The notes beneath the pieces were generated by a model that saw only the letters and a list, made by a program, of their open reading frames with translations, did no database searches and was not told the origin of the DNA. A DNA stretch of 64,000 nucleotides from Nitrospirota bacterium (lineage in GTDB: Bacteria > Nitrospirota > UBA9217): positions 608,001-672,000 of the forward strand of contig CAWFSF010000006.1 of assembly GCA_963818475.1 (NCBI GenBank). The letters are read 5' to 3'. Position 1 is the first letter of the stretch, and the number at the start of each line of letters is the position of its first letter. Made by a program: the position numbers and the translations under genes. Below are positions 42,317 to 53,010 of this stretch, in pieces.

Positions 42317-44557
42317 CTACTTTTCCTGCTCGACCGGAATGATGATTTTGAAAACGGTTCCCCGGTTGACCTCGCTGCAGACGGTGATATCGCCCTTGAA
42401 CCGCTTGATGATATTGTAGCTCAGCGAGAGTCCCAGGCCGGTGCCTTTACCGATCTCCTTGGTAGTATAGAATGGATCGAAGATCTTTACCAGGTCGTTC
42501 TGGGGGATCCCGCTGCCGGTATCGGCGAACGCCACCAGGATGGCGTCCTGGTCCTGGTCGTCCCTTCCCTGCGAAGTGGAGATCTGCAGCGTGCCGCCGT
42601 CAGGCATGGCATCAAGCGCGTTCAGGATGATATTGATGAATACCTGGGCTGCCTGGCCTTCGTCGATCATGGTCTTGGGAAGCGCTGGGTCCAGGTTCAC
42701 CGTGATGTCGATGGTATGCTTCATCCGCTTGTCCAACCGCATCAGGTCGAGGGTCGACTGAAGAACATCGTTGATTTGCACATATTTGATGTTTGTTGAC
42801 GTGGCACGGGAGAAGGTGGACATTTGCCGGACGATCTCGGTGATCCGCTGGATGTGGTTATTGATGATGTCCAGGCTGTTCTGGGTAAATTCATCGGTGG
42901 CCATTTCGCGCAGCAGCTGGGCAAAGGTGGAAATGGAGGTAAGCGGATTGCCGATCTCATGGGCAACGCCTGCCGCCAGCCTGCCGAGGGCGGCAAGTTT
43001 TTCGGAGTGCATGACCTGCTGTTCGAGCTGCTTTGCCGTGGCGGTCCCCTTGTCGACCTTGTCTTCGAGCTCGACGGTGTACTGTTTGAGCGCTTCTTCG
43101 AGCTCCACGCGTTTGGTAACATCGGTGCTGGTCAACAGGATCCCCGGCGATTTGCCGTCGATAAGGAGGGGGCTCACGTTCATCTCAAGGTAGAGGGGAG
43201 CTTCACGGATGCTCGTGATCTTGTAGTCCTTTATCTCGAAGCTGCGCCCGGAAATGGCTTTTTGCAGGATCGTGACCATGGGAATGCCGTTGTAGGGGAC
43301 CAACTCATCAGGAAAGAGTGAGAAAAACGGCTTGCCGAGGATGTCCTGCTTGCGGTGGTTCAGGATGAGGGCCTGCGCGGTGTTCAGCGTTCTGACCTTA
43401 AGGTCCTTGTCCAGGACCATGAGGTTCGTTTTGGTATTTTCGACGATGTTCTCCAGATATTCCTTGGCGATCTCGATCTGATGCTCAAGATGCTGCTGGT
43501 TCTCGAGATGCTTTGTCCGCTCCTCTGCCTTGATCTTCTTCTTGTAGGTGATGATGGAGACTCCCGACGCCGCGACCGTGGTGACGAAGATGGACATGAT
43601 CAGGAGGGAGTAAAAGAGCATGCTCTTCTGCATGAGCGCGATGACGTCCGCTTTCGGCGCGGAGACCACGACGATCCAGGATTTTCTCGCCATGGGGAAC
43701 TTGTAGTACGCCGCGAGCATGTCCTTTCCTCCGGGGGCCGTATAATAGCCGAAGGTCTGCGACTTGCCTTCTATCATCTTTTTTTCGGTGTCAAAGGACT
43801 GGTGGCATTGGAAGCAGGTTGTATCGGAGTGATAAAGGTTTTTCCCGACCATGGACGGCTGGGTGGGATGGTACAGGAGGGTCCCCTCGCTGTCCATCAT
43901 CCACGCATATCCGCTCTGCCCCGATCTGATCGGGGAAAGATATTTCTGGGTGATGCCGTTCATGGACAGCACCGCCAGGACCACGCCGCTGAACTCATGC
44001 AGCGAACGTCCCGTCTGCAGATAGATGGGGGTGGCAACAATGAACTCTTTTGTTTCTTGCTCATTCGGGCTGTGGAGTTCCATCAGGTCTGTTACAAGTT
44101 TTTCATTCCGGGGCAGGACCCGCGCCTGTCGGAAGTAATCGGTTTTGGAAAGGTCCACCCGTTCCCGGCCGGGATAGGAACTGTCAAAGAGGAGAATGCC
44201 GTGCTTGTCGAGGACCCTGATGGTGATCAAGGCTTCGTTCTGAAGGCTGAAATTGATCGACTCCGCGACTTGTTTGCACGCGGGCTGAAGGTGGATGCGG
44301 TCGATCTGGGGGAGCTGGGAGATCACCCTGATGTTCTTGTACACATGGTCCACGAAGCTCTCGATGTTTATTGCCACTTCGCGGGCCAGCAGGAGCTGCT
44401 GTTTGTTGAACTGTTCAGCCATCTCATCCTGGAGCGACTGATGAAAGAACTGGCCGAGAATAATGATCAGGGAGAGAACAACGAGCAGGGAAAGGATGAA
44501 AACTGCCGGCGTGAGCAGCTCTCGCTGTTTTAGCGTGCGGATAAGTCGTTGAAACAT
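42317..44557 (-). CDS. Sensor histidine kinase: Cache-like periplasmic domain with CxxCH, PAS, HisKA/HATPase
   Basis: Two TM helices flank YAWMMDSEGTLLYHP...CFQCH; AHEIGNPL; GTGLGL. Confidence 0.9.
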   Translation of the reverse strand: MFQRLIRTLKQRELLTPAVFILSLLVVLSLIIILGQFFHQSLQDEMAEQFNKQQLLLAREVAINIESFVDHVYKNIRVISQLPQIDRIHLQPACKQVAESINFSLQNEALITIRVLDKHGILLFDSSYPGRERVDLSKTDYFRQARVLPRNEKLVTDLMELHSPNEQETKEFIVATPIYLQTGRSLHEFSGVVLAVLSMNGITQKYLSPIRSGQSGYAWMMDSEGTLLYHPTQPSMVGKNLYHSDTTCFQCHQSFDTEKKMIEGKSQTFGYYTAPGGKDMLAAYYKFPMARKSWIVVVSAPKADVIALMQKSMLFYSLLIMSIFVTTVAASGVSIITYKKKIKAEERTKHLENQQHLEHQIEIAKEYLENIVENTKTNLMVLDKDLKVRTLNTAQALILNHRKQDILGKPFFSLFPDELVPYNGIPMVTILQKAISGRSFEIKDYKITSIREAPLYLEMNVSPLLIDGKSPGILLTSTDVTKRVELEEALKQYTVELEDKVDKGTATAKQLEQQVMHSEKLAALGRLAAGVAHEIGNPLTSISTFAQLLREMATDEFTQNSLDIINNHIQRITEIVRQMSTFSRATSTNIKYVQINDVLQSTLDLMRLDKRMKHTIDITVNLDPALPKTMIDEGQAAQVFINIILNALDAMPDGGTLQISTSQGRDDQDQDAILVAFADTGSGIPQNDLVKIFDPFYTTKEIGKGTGLGLSLSYNIIKRFKGDITVCSEVNRGTVFKIIIPVEQEK

Positions 44558-44684
44558 GGAGTACTTTACTTCTAATGAGAGGACATAGTCAAGCGGGAAA
44601 AGGCGGGCTGGTGCAAAGCGTGCATGCGGAGCGTAATCGCCGCAATGTTTGCCGTCTTAGTCCTGAGCTCAGGCGAGAGGGCGC

Positions 44685-46502
44685 TCAGAACAGCTGGGAT
44701 TGCGTCTGGTGCTCTCCCGCGATGTTCCAGGACCGGTCAAGGGGCAGGGAGAAAATGAAGGTACTGCCCTGGCCTGGCGAGCTTTCAGCCCGGATCGTGC
44801 CGCCGTGGTATTCAACGATCTGCCGCGTGATGGCCAGTCCCAGTCCTGTCCCTTCGGCATCGTTCGTCAGCACGTCGCCGGACCGGTGAAACTTTTCAAA
44901 AATTAGATCCAGTTCGCTTTCAGGGATGCCGACGCCGGTGTCCGATACGGACACGACTATATGCGGTGCCGGCGTTGTCTCCAGATGGGCAGTGATCACG
45001 ATCCTGCCGCCCAGCGGGGTGAACTTGATGGAATTGGAAAGGATGTTCGTCATGACCTGAACGAGCCGATCCTTGTCTCCGAGAAAAGGAGGCACCGGAG
45101 CCTGCACGTTGGTGATGATGGCCAGGCTTTTGTTGTCCGCCAGCGACTGAATGCCGGACACGGAGGTCTGGATAACGTCATCCATGGTCAGCCTGACGAT
45201 GTTCCAGCTCAGTTTGCCCGCCTCGATCTTGGTGAGGTCAAGGATGTCGTTGATCAGCCGGGACAGCCGGTCGCTTTCCCGATTAATGATGTTCAGGAGC
45301 CTGGTTTTTTTCTCGATCGCCATCCGGGGCTTCATCAGGATGAGCTCGGTGAAGGCCTTGATCGAGGTGAGCGGTGTGCGCAGTTCATGGGAAACGATCG
45401 AGATGAAATCCGACTTGATGTGGTCGAGTTCTTTCAGCTTCAGGTTGGCCCCTTCGAGCTCGCGGTTGGCTATGGCGAGGTTCTGGTTGGAGAGCTGAAG
45501 CCGTTCGTAGGCCTTGGTGAGGTTCTCGGTCTTTTCGGTCACCCGGAACTCGAGGTTCCGGTTCAGTTCCTCCAGGTCGCTCCGGTTCTTCTCAAGCTCA
45601 TGCGCCATTTTGTCGAAGCTCTGGGAAAGCACGCCGATCTCGTCGTTCGCAATGAGGTTCACCCGCATGTGAAGATTGCCCTTTTCCAGCTCCCGGATGA
45701 CCTTTACAATATGTTCCAGCGGATTCGATATGCTCGTTGCAAGCAGGATGCCGATCCCGGCGGCCACGATGATCGCGATGACGATCACGATGATGATAAG
45801 CTCGAGAAAATCGGACATGATCGGCTGTACGATGGATGACGTTTGCCAGTGCGCACCGAATACCGTGCCCATGCGGTGATAGACGAGGGCCCCCAGAGCA
45901 AGCAGCGGGGCGATGATCGATGCAAGGAGGATGGAGAGCACCCGGGTGCGCGTATTGATCTGAATGACCCGGGAACTGTCGATGCGCACCGTCCTCGTTT
46001 TTTCCGCAAGGAACTGCCGCACCGGATAGAGGAGCCGTTCGGACAGAAAAAAGGAAAAAATCGGGAACACGGACATGCCAACGACGGCATAGATCATCAG
46101 CCTGATGTTCTCCGCCAGCGGCAGACCGCCGATGGCGCCCATGTACAGGCAGTCGACGAACACCACGAACTGATACCGCACCATCACGGAAACGGCATGG
46201 ACGAGCGGAAGGTTCAGTGCGCGGATTCTGGCCGCAGCCATGATATCGTCCGGCGGCTCGAGGCGTCGTTCCTGGTAGAAGGACAGCATTTCGATCGGAC
46301 GGCATTCCCACCGGTCCATGAAATAGAATGCCGAAGCGATCCCGAGGGGAGCGAGAATGAAGAGAGCGATGTTGATGTAGTGGACAAGAAGACGAGGCGT
46401 GAAATCCATGATCACGATCATGTAGGGGATCAGGGTCGTGAAAATGACGGCGATGATCACCAGTTCACTGTAGACGATCTTATTGGATACGTTTAGCTTC
46501 AT
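44685..46502 (-). CDS. Multi-TM HAMP sensor histidine kinase
   Basis: Several TM helices, HAMP (DEIGVL..FDKM), SHELRTPL, NSIKFT, GTGLGL; GGAG RBS. Confidence 0.9.
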   Translation of the reverse strand: MKLNVSNKIVYSELVIIAVIFTTLIPYMIVIMDFTPRLLVHYINIALFILAPLGIASAFYFMDRWECRPIEMLSFYQERRLEPPDDIMAAARIRALNLPLVHAVSVMVRYQFVVFVDCLYMGAIGGLPLAENIRLMIYAVVGMSVFPIFSFFLSERLLYPVRQFLAEKTRTVRIDSSRVIQINTRTRVLSILLASIIAPLLALGALVYHRMGTVFGAHWQTSSIVQPIMSDFLELIIIVIVIAIIVAAGIGILLATSISNPLEHIVKVIRELEKGNLHMRVNLIANDEIGVLSQSFDKMAHELEKNRSDLEELNRNLEFRVTEKTENLTKAYERLQLSNQNLAIANRELEGANLKLKELDHIKSDFISIVSHELRTPLTSIKAFTELILMKPRMAIEKKTRLLNIINRESDRLSRLINDILDLTKIEAGKLSWNIVRLTMDDVIQTSVSGIQSLADNKSLAIITNVQAPVPPFLGDKDRLVQVMTNILSNSIKFTPLGGRIVITAHLETTPAPHIVVSVSDTGVGIPESELDLIFEKFHRSGDVLTNDAEGTGLGLAITRQIVEYHGGTIRAESSPGQGSTFIFSLPLDRSWNIAGEHQTQSQLF

Positions 46503-46647
46503 ACTCCCCAACCCGGAACGGAAAGAACTGAAACAGCTGAGGGGCACTCAGGTGTTTTTCCTCAGGCCGCGGCCTGATTGCCACGGACAACACCTTACGG
46601 TGCGATGAATATCTGCCATCAATGATCGATGCTGCCGCTCGAGGGGC

Positions 46648-47812
46648 CTACGGGAACAGGGTCTTAATGGCCGCCTTGCGCAGAACGTTGACGTCAATGC
46701 CGGGGTGGCTAACGGACTCGATGGCGGCGGAGAGCAGGTCCTTGGCGGTATGGATGTTCGCCGAGCTCAACTTTGCCAGCGAGGCTTCCGTCACCGCTCC
46801 GATGCGGCTGAGCGGCACGTCATTCTTTGACGTGTACAGGACCACCAGCCTGGATTCACCCTGGATGATCGGCAAAAAGGAAATGTGCTTGATGCCGATA
46901 CGGTTGATCATTCCGTCTGCTTCTGTCCCGATAAAAAAACCGGTATAATCCGTAAAGAGCGTTGCGCACAGCACATCGACTGCGAGCGTCTGAATATTGT
47001 TGGCGGTCACCTGGTTGAAAAAAACACCGTACCGCGAGATGCGGATCATCTCCCGGATGAGCTGCTCCCGCTTGTTGACCGGAAGGAAGTGGAACACGTT
47101 GATGGCGTACACCCAGTCGACGGCGCCGTCCTTGATCCGTGACAGGTCGGTGACATCTCCCACCTGGAGGTCGATCTGGTCCTGGAGGCCGGCGTCGTTG
47201 TTCTTTCTCTTGCCGAGCTCGAGGGTATGGATGTTCAGGTCGATCCCCTTTGCACTAATGCCGGGGCAGACCTTAATCGGTCTCCCGAAGCACGGACCCG
47301 TCGCCGCAGCCCAGGTCCAGGATGGTGTGGCCCGTGGACAGGCCGGCCCACTTGAAGAACTCCGCTGCGGTTCGAGAGAGCTGCGATGCCACCTTCGGGA
47401 TGTAATCCCGGCTGATCTTCCCCTGGGTGATGCTGTCCAGGCCGACGCATTTCTGGTAGGCATCCCGTGAATATTGAACGGCTTTGGTAAAGTAGCTGAA
47501 CATATGGTGGAGGCCAAGAAGGTCAGGCGCCGGAGTCCCACGCCGAATCAGTGATCCCTTTGCGGTCAGGGTATATCCCCCATCCGCGTGTGCGACATAC
47601 CCGTTGGCTGCCGCAAAGCGCAGCCAGCGCTCGACCTTGCTGATGTCAAAGCCCATCTGACCCGACAACTCCTGTGCGGTCACGGCCTTGTCCAGGGGGA
47701 TCCAGTCGAAAAATCCGAGTTCGATGCCCTGAATAGTGCTCAGTGCCACGGTTCCCTGGATCAGCATATGCATGAGCTCTGCCGAGTTTTTCTTGATGTT
47801 TTCCTGGTCCAT
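46648..47812 (-). CDS. Class I SAM methyltransferase with N-terminal wHTH and C-terminal HhH-like tail (frameshift near 47280)
   Basis: LGFFD..TAQELS..VERWL; ILDLGCGDG; GIDLN; GDV; VFHF. Confidence 0.8.
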
Positions 47813-47825
47813 ACCGGGGCCTCCG

Positions 47826-48501
47826 TTAATGGATCTGCAGCGCCGTCTTGATCATAACAATGGTATAGACTATCGTGATGACGATTAAAATTCCCCAGAT
47901 GGCGATGCTCATTCTTCTCGTTGCACTTTCATCAGAGCTGCGGTCGCTGCGTCTCATGCCCGCATCCTTGTGCTGAGCGCTGGTGTAAAAATCCTTGAAT
48001 TGCGGGTGTTGATCGGGGGCGAGTTCATAGAGTCTGGCGATGAGGACGGCGTCTTGGCGCAGAGAGAAGGGAAATCGATAATACACATCAATGTCCGGTT
48101 CCTGCGTCACTATCTGGTGCAGCGTTTTCCGGTCGATGAGCTCAAGTTTTTTCTGATAGCAGAACAGCATATTTTGCCGGAGCGTTTTCATGAACTCCTG
48201 AAAGGGTGTCTTTCTTTTCGAACTTTGCGTTGATCAGGCTGGTTTCATAAAGGAGTACGGCTTTTTCGTAATTGCCGAGGAACTGCCAGCATTGACCGCT
48301 CAGGGCAAGGGCGTTGGCGAGTCCGGAGACGCCGTTGGACAAGGGGATCGTGAAGGGGTGTCCGCGGGCATCCAGTTTTCGGAAAGCGTCTTCGGCGCGC
48401 TGGAGCTCGGAAAGCGCCTGCACGTATCGTTTTTCCAGAAACAGAGCGTAACCGTTTTCAAACATATTTTCAGCGGCGCGTCTTTTCAGAAAAAGTGTCA
48501 T
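47826..48501 (-). CDS. TPR-like protein with C-terminal TM helix (frameshift near 48210)
   Basis: Helical repeat ALALSGQCWQFLGNYEKAVLLYE; hydrophobic C-terminus in the second ORF. Confidence 0.55.
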
Positions 48502-48508
48502 GCCTGCG

Positions 48509-48880
48509 TTATGTATCCAGGATGGTTTTGACCTTGGTAAGGATTTCCATGGGGCTGAAGGGCTTGACGATATATTCGTTCGCGCCTGCTTCTTTGCCGC
48601 GTTCCTGCTCGGCGACCTGTCCCTTTGCCGTCAGCATGATCACGTAGATATCTTTAAGGTCGGGGTCGGTCTTTATGGCGCGGCAGACGTCGTAGCCGTT
48701 CATGACCGGCATCATGATGTCGAGGAAGAGGATGTCGGGCCGGACCGCACGGACCTGCTTCAGCGCGTCCGCGCCATCCTTGGCAAGCCAGAGCTTGTAG
48801 CCTTCATCCTCAAGCAGGTAGGTGAGCGCTTCCCGGATGTTCTCATTGTCATCAGCTATCAGAATTTTTTTATTATTCAT
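48509..48880 (-). CDS. Single-domain response regulator
   Basis: ILIADD, FLDIMMP, MLTA, KPF. Confidence 0.92.
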   Translation of the reverse strand: MNNKKILIADDNENIREALTYLLEDEGYKLWLAKDGADALKQVRAVRPDILFLDIMMPVMNGYDVCRAIKTDPDLKDIYVIMLTAKGQVAEQERGKEAGANEYIVKPFSPMEILTKVKTILDT

Positions 48881-49120
48881 ACATGCCATACCGCAACAAA
48901 GTGCGTTACCAGTAAAAAAATAGTAGCCTTTATTGAATGGTTTGTCAAGTTTGAAGTGGCGAGCCGCATGTCCGGGATTGCCGGGCAAAGTGGCTGCCTT
49001 CATGATAGTATGAAAATCGAACTATTCCTGCCGGTCCGCTTGTGACAGCAGGATATGGGAAGGTGAGAAGAGTTGCAAGGCATCGAGAACAAGTGTAGTA
49101 TAGCAGCCAGTGGAGGGAAC

Positions 49121-50514
49121 ATGATCACTGACATCGATTACGCCGCGGTCTTGAAGCGGGCGCTTGAAGGCGGCGGCGAGTTTGCCGATATTTTTATTGA
49201 ACGAAGTTCGCCATTCTCGATCCTGTGCGAGGATAACCGGATCGAAAAGGTCAGCTCGGGCCTTGATTGCGGCGCCGGTCTGCGGGTGGTCTCCGGAGGA
49301 CATGCGGCATACGCCTATACCAACGAACTGACCATGCCGGCGATGCTTGAGCTTGCCGATGCGGTCAGGCAGGCATCGTCAGGCGGGATGATCCTTCCCG
49401 GAAGGACCATCGATCTTACGTGCAGGCATCCCCGCGTGGACTTTCATATCGAAAAAGCGCCGGAAACGGTAAGCACAGCCCGTAAAGCGGACCTTGTGCT
49501 GCGGGCAAACAGGACCGCAGGGGCCGTCGATCCCCGCATCAGGCAGGCAACGGTCATGTATCGTGAAAACCGGCAGCAGGTGCTGATCGCAAATTCGGAC
49601 GGCGTCCCTGGTGGAGGATGAGCGGCTCTATCTTACCGCGTTTGTCCAGGTCGTGGCTTCAGACGGCGACGTGGTGCAGACGGGGTATGATGCCATAGGC
49701 GGCCTGACCGGCATGGAGCTCTTCGATCGCACCTCCTTCGAGAGCGTTGCAGAGACTGCGGCACGGCGGGCAGTGATGATGTTGTCGGCCCGCAAGGCGC
49801 CTGCCGGCAGAATGCCGGTCGTGCTTTCCTCCGCGGCCGGCGGCACAATGATCCATGAGGCGGTGGGGCATGGCCTCGAAGCAGATCTTGCGCAGAGCGG
49901 GCTGTCGGTCTACTCCGGGAAACGCGGACAACCGATAGCCTCGCCGCTGATCACGGTCGTCGATGATGCCACGCTGCCCGGCAAGCGAGGTTCGTTCCGT
50001 TTTGACGACGAAGGCAGCGACGCGGAGCGCACCGTGCTGGTGGACCAGGGAGTGCTTGCCACCTTCATGTATGACCGGGTGACGGCGATGAAGGACAACG
50101 CGCGCTCCACGGGCAACGGGAGGCGCGAATCCTACAAACACCGGCCCATTCCCAGAATGACGAACACCATGATCGTGCCGGGCGAGTCGGACCCTGCCGA
50201 GATCCTGCGTTCGACCCTGTCGGGGCTTTTTGTGAAAAAAATGGGCGGGGGCCAGGTGAACACCGTGAACGGCGATTTTGTGTTCGAGGTGAGCGAAGGG
50301 TATATGATCGAGAACGGCGCCATCGGCGAGCCGGTGCGCGGCGCCACGCTTGATCGGCAACGGACCGCAGGTGCTGATGTCGATCGACCGCGTCGGGTCC
50401 GATCTCGGCTATTCCATCGGGACCTGCGGCAAGGACGGGCAGGGCTCGCCGGTGAGCGATGCCCAGCCGACGCTCAGGATACCGGAGATCGTCGTCGGCG
50501 GCGAGGTTGCATAG
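49121..50514 (+). CDS. tldD: TldD/PmbA family metalloprotease TldD (two frameshifts)
   Basis: HEAVGHGLEAD, TGNGRRESY, PRMTNT, GTCGKDGQ. Confidence 0.9.
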
Positions 50515-50559
50515 GAACATGTAGTGATGGCTGTGCCTCATTCATAAAAAGTCTTTTTT

Positions 50560-50640
50560 GCCACATAAGTCACAAAAGACACAAAAATAATCTTTTGTTT
50601 TTGCAGGTCTTGCTTATGTGCTTTATGTGAATTATGTGGC
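50560..50640. repeat. Inverted pair of degenerate 9-mer tandem repeats, copy 3
   Basis: GCCACATAAGTCACAAAAGACACAAAA ... TTATGTGCTTTATGTGAATTATGTGGC. Confidence 0.7.
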
Positions 50641-50727
50641 AAATCTTGATTTCTTACGAGTTCATCATATCTGATTTTTTAGAAATCAGCAGGTGTGAAG
50701 CGTTCATCCGTTTGGGAGGGGAAATCC

Positions 50728-51219
50728 ATGATACGCACTGCCATTATCACCTTGAGCGATAAAGGTTCCATCGGGGAGCGTATTGACGAGAGCGGTCTTG
50801 TTATCCGCGAGATGTTGTCCGGTACGGGCGCCGTCGTGGATCATTATGAAATCCTCCCTGATGATAAGGTAAAGATCATCGGCGCGCTGACCCGCCTCGC
50901 CGACTCCGGAACGATAGATCTCATTGTTACTACGGGCGGGACGGGTGTCGCACCGCGGGACGTCACTCCCGAAGCCACCCGCGCGGTCATCGACCGGGAA
51001 CTCCCCGGCATGGCTGAGGCCATGCGCGCTGAGAGCCTTAAAAAAACGCCGCATGCCATGATTTCACGGGCCATTGCTGGGATCCGGAAGCAGACCTTGA
51101 TCGTGAACCTCCCAGGCAGCCCTAAGGCGGTCCGGGAAAATCTTGCTGTCATCCTGCCTGCACTGACTCATACCATAGAAAAGATCAAGGGCGACCCCTC
51201 CGATTGCGGCAGCCGGTGA
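50728..51219 (+). CDS. mog: Molybdopterin adenylyltransferase MogA/MoaB family
   Basis: TTGGTGVAPRDVTPEA, SRAIAG, NLPGSPKA. Confidence 0.9.
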   Translation: MIRTAIITLSDKGSIGERIDESGLVIREMLSGTGAVVDHYEILPDDKVKIIGALTRLADSGTIDLIVTTGGTGVAPRDVTPEATRAVIDRELPGMAEAMRAESLKKTPHAMISRAIAGIRKQTLIVNLPGSPKAVRENLAVILPALTHTIEKIKGDPSDCGSR

Positions 51220-51426
51220 TCGACGGGGGGCAATTTAGACCACCTATGCAGAAATACGATTGGCCCTCAAGAAGAATGGCAGGCCAGTCCCGGAAAACCC
51301 CCGTTGCCTGTTCCCCGCAACATCATTCTGCCTGCGTTGCGCCGACATCGGAGCGAAATCAGTTGTCTCCCTCTTTCCTCTGTGATACACTTCAAACCGT
51401 AATTACGAGAGTTCTATGGAGGTGGT

Positions 51427-52190
51427 ATGTTCTGTCCCCATTGCGGCAAAGAGATATCTGAAGGCCAGGCGTTCTGTCAGCACTGCGGATCGCAGATTTC
51501 CGAGGCCGCCCCGGTCCTGGCGGCGCCTGTTGCAGGGATGCGCGAGAAGACGCCCTGGGAGGACCGTGAACATGCAGGGTTTCTTCGGCGGGTTGTTCAA
51601 AACGCTGAAACAGGTCCTGTTCTCGCCTGGTGATTTTTTTAAAAAAATGCCCGTGACCGGCGGCCTCACCGATCCGTTGCTCTACGGACTGATCCTTGGC
51701 ATGACCGGCGCCATGTTCTCGTATTTCTGGCAGATCGCACTCCATGGGGTCATGCAGAACTTCATGACGAAGGAGATGCTGGCAGCATCGGAATATTCCG
51801 TGTTTCAGGGCGCCAGCCTGGCACTGCTTGCGGTCAGCACACCATTTCTCATCATCCTGTGGCTGTTCATCCTGGCAGGCATGCTCCATCTGTTCCTGCT
51901 TGATGGTGCAGGGCGCAAAGTCAGGTTTTGAGGCGACCTTCCGGGTCGTGGCTTACAGCGAGTCTCCCTATCTTTTTCTGGTCCTGCCGTTCTGCGGCGG
52001 ATTCCTGGCATGGATCTGGTCACTGGTGATCATTCTCATCGGCCTTCAGCATGCCCACGAGACTACGGGCGGCAAGGCGGCATTCGCGGTATTTTTTCCG
52101 CTCTTTATCTGCTGCGGGCTTGTTATTGCGCTGGGTGCGGTGTTCATGGGAGCCATGGTTGCCTCCTTCGGGTCGATGATGAATCCGTGA
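51427..52190 (+). CDS. Zinc-ribbon plus YIP1-like membrane protein (two frameshifts)
   Basis: MFCPHCG...FCQHCG, TPWEDR, multi-TM domain spread over three frames. Confidence 0.7.
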
Positions 52191-52236
52191 ACGAAGAAGA
52201 AACCATGCCGGCAGCCTGCGGCAGGGAGGTCGGTCC

Positions 52237-52644
52237 GTGCGCATAAGGTACAAGGAGCGGCAGCCTCGGGATATCGAATTCGGGATTATCTACGGAGGGA
52301 TCGGCGTTCTGATCCTGCTGGCCCTGCGGTTCACGCCTGTCGCGCAGTTGTTGCCCAGCTGTGTCTTTAAGGGATTGACTTCCTTTCCCTGTCCGACCTG
52401 CGGTGCAACGCGGGCAGTACTGCTCCTGGCTCAGGGCGAAGCGGCGGCCTCCCTGAGCATGAATCCGCTGCTATCGCTCTTCTTTATGGGCGCCTGCCTT
52501 GTTTTTCCTTACAGCCTCCTTGCCTGCCTCCTGCACCTGCCACGGCCTTCCGTGGAAATTTCGGTGCGCGAGCACATTACCGCGCGGATTGCGATCGTAG
52601 TGCTCGTACTGATGAACTGGTCCTACCTCGTATATGCCCTGTGA
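52237..52644 (+). CDS. DUF2752-like membrane protein
   Basis: CVFKGLTSFPCPTCGATRA...MNPL. Confidence 0.8.
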   Translation: MRIRYKERQPRDIEFGIIYGGIGVLILLALRFTPVAQLLPSCVFKGLTSFPCPTCGATRAVLLLAQGEAAASLSMNPLLSLFFMGACLVFPYSLLACLLHLPRPSVEISVREHITARIAIVVLVLMNWSYLVYAL

Positions 52645-53010
52645 GGCTCCCTGAACTATCCCAACAAATCGGAAAAGCGACGAGCGTTTCGATGCTCAAA
52701 GGTCATATTTTGCGTGCTTCGATTTTTTCACCATATGCTGAATGCGCAATGGCCGGCATATCGGGATAATTAATAATATGTTTACATTTATACAGCAGTA
52801 TGTTATTATTCGCATTCGTCAATATTGCTAAACATTCTCGTCAGTTAGGGTTGGTACTGCGGGCGGGTAATGGTCTCATCCTCGGCCAGATTGCATTGGT
52901 ATGGAGCAGCGGGATGACCGGCGGGGTCGTGCAGGTGAACCTGCATGATAGCACCGGGAAGAGATCGTTTTTTTGGAGGAAACTGAGGCAGCAAGCACTG
53001 TCAGACTATC

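Noticed and set aside
43355-45839. Long antisense ORFs (e.g. 43355-44533, 44961-45839; also 13634-14563)
   Set aside because: Shadow frames of GC-rich genes on the opposite strand, with no motifs.
52650-53010. Possible ncRNA or ORF upstream of lepA
   Set aside because: No recognisable RNA family or protein motif by eye; would need an Rfam scan.
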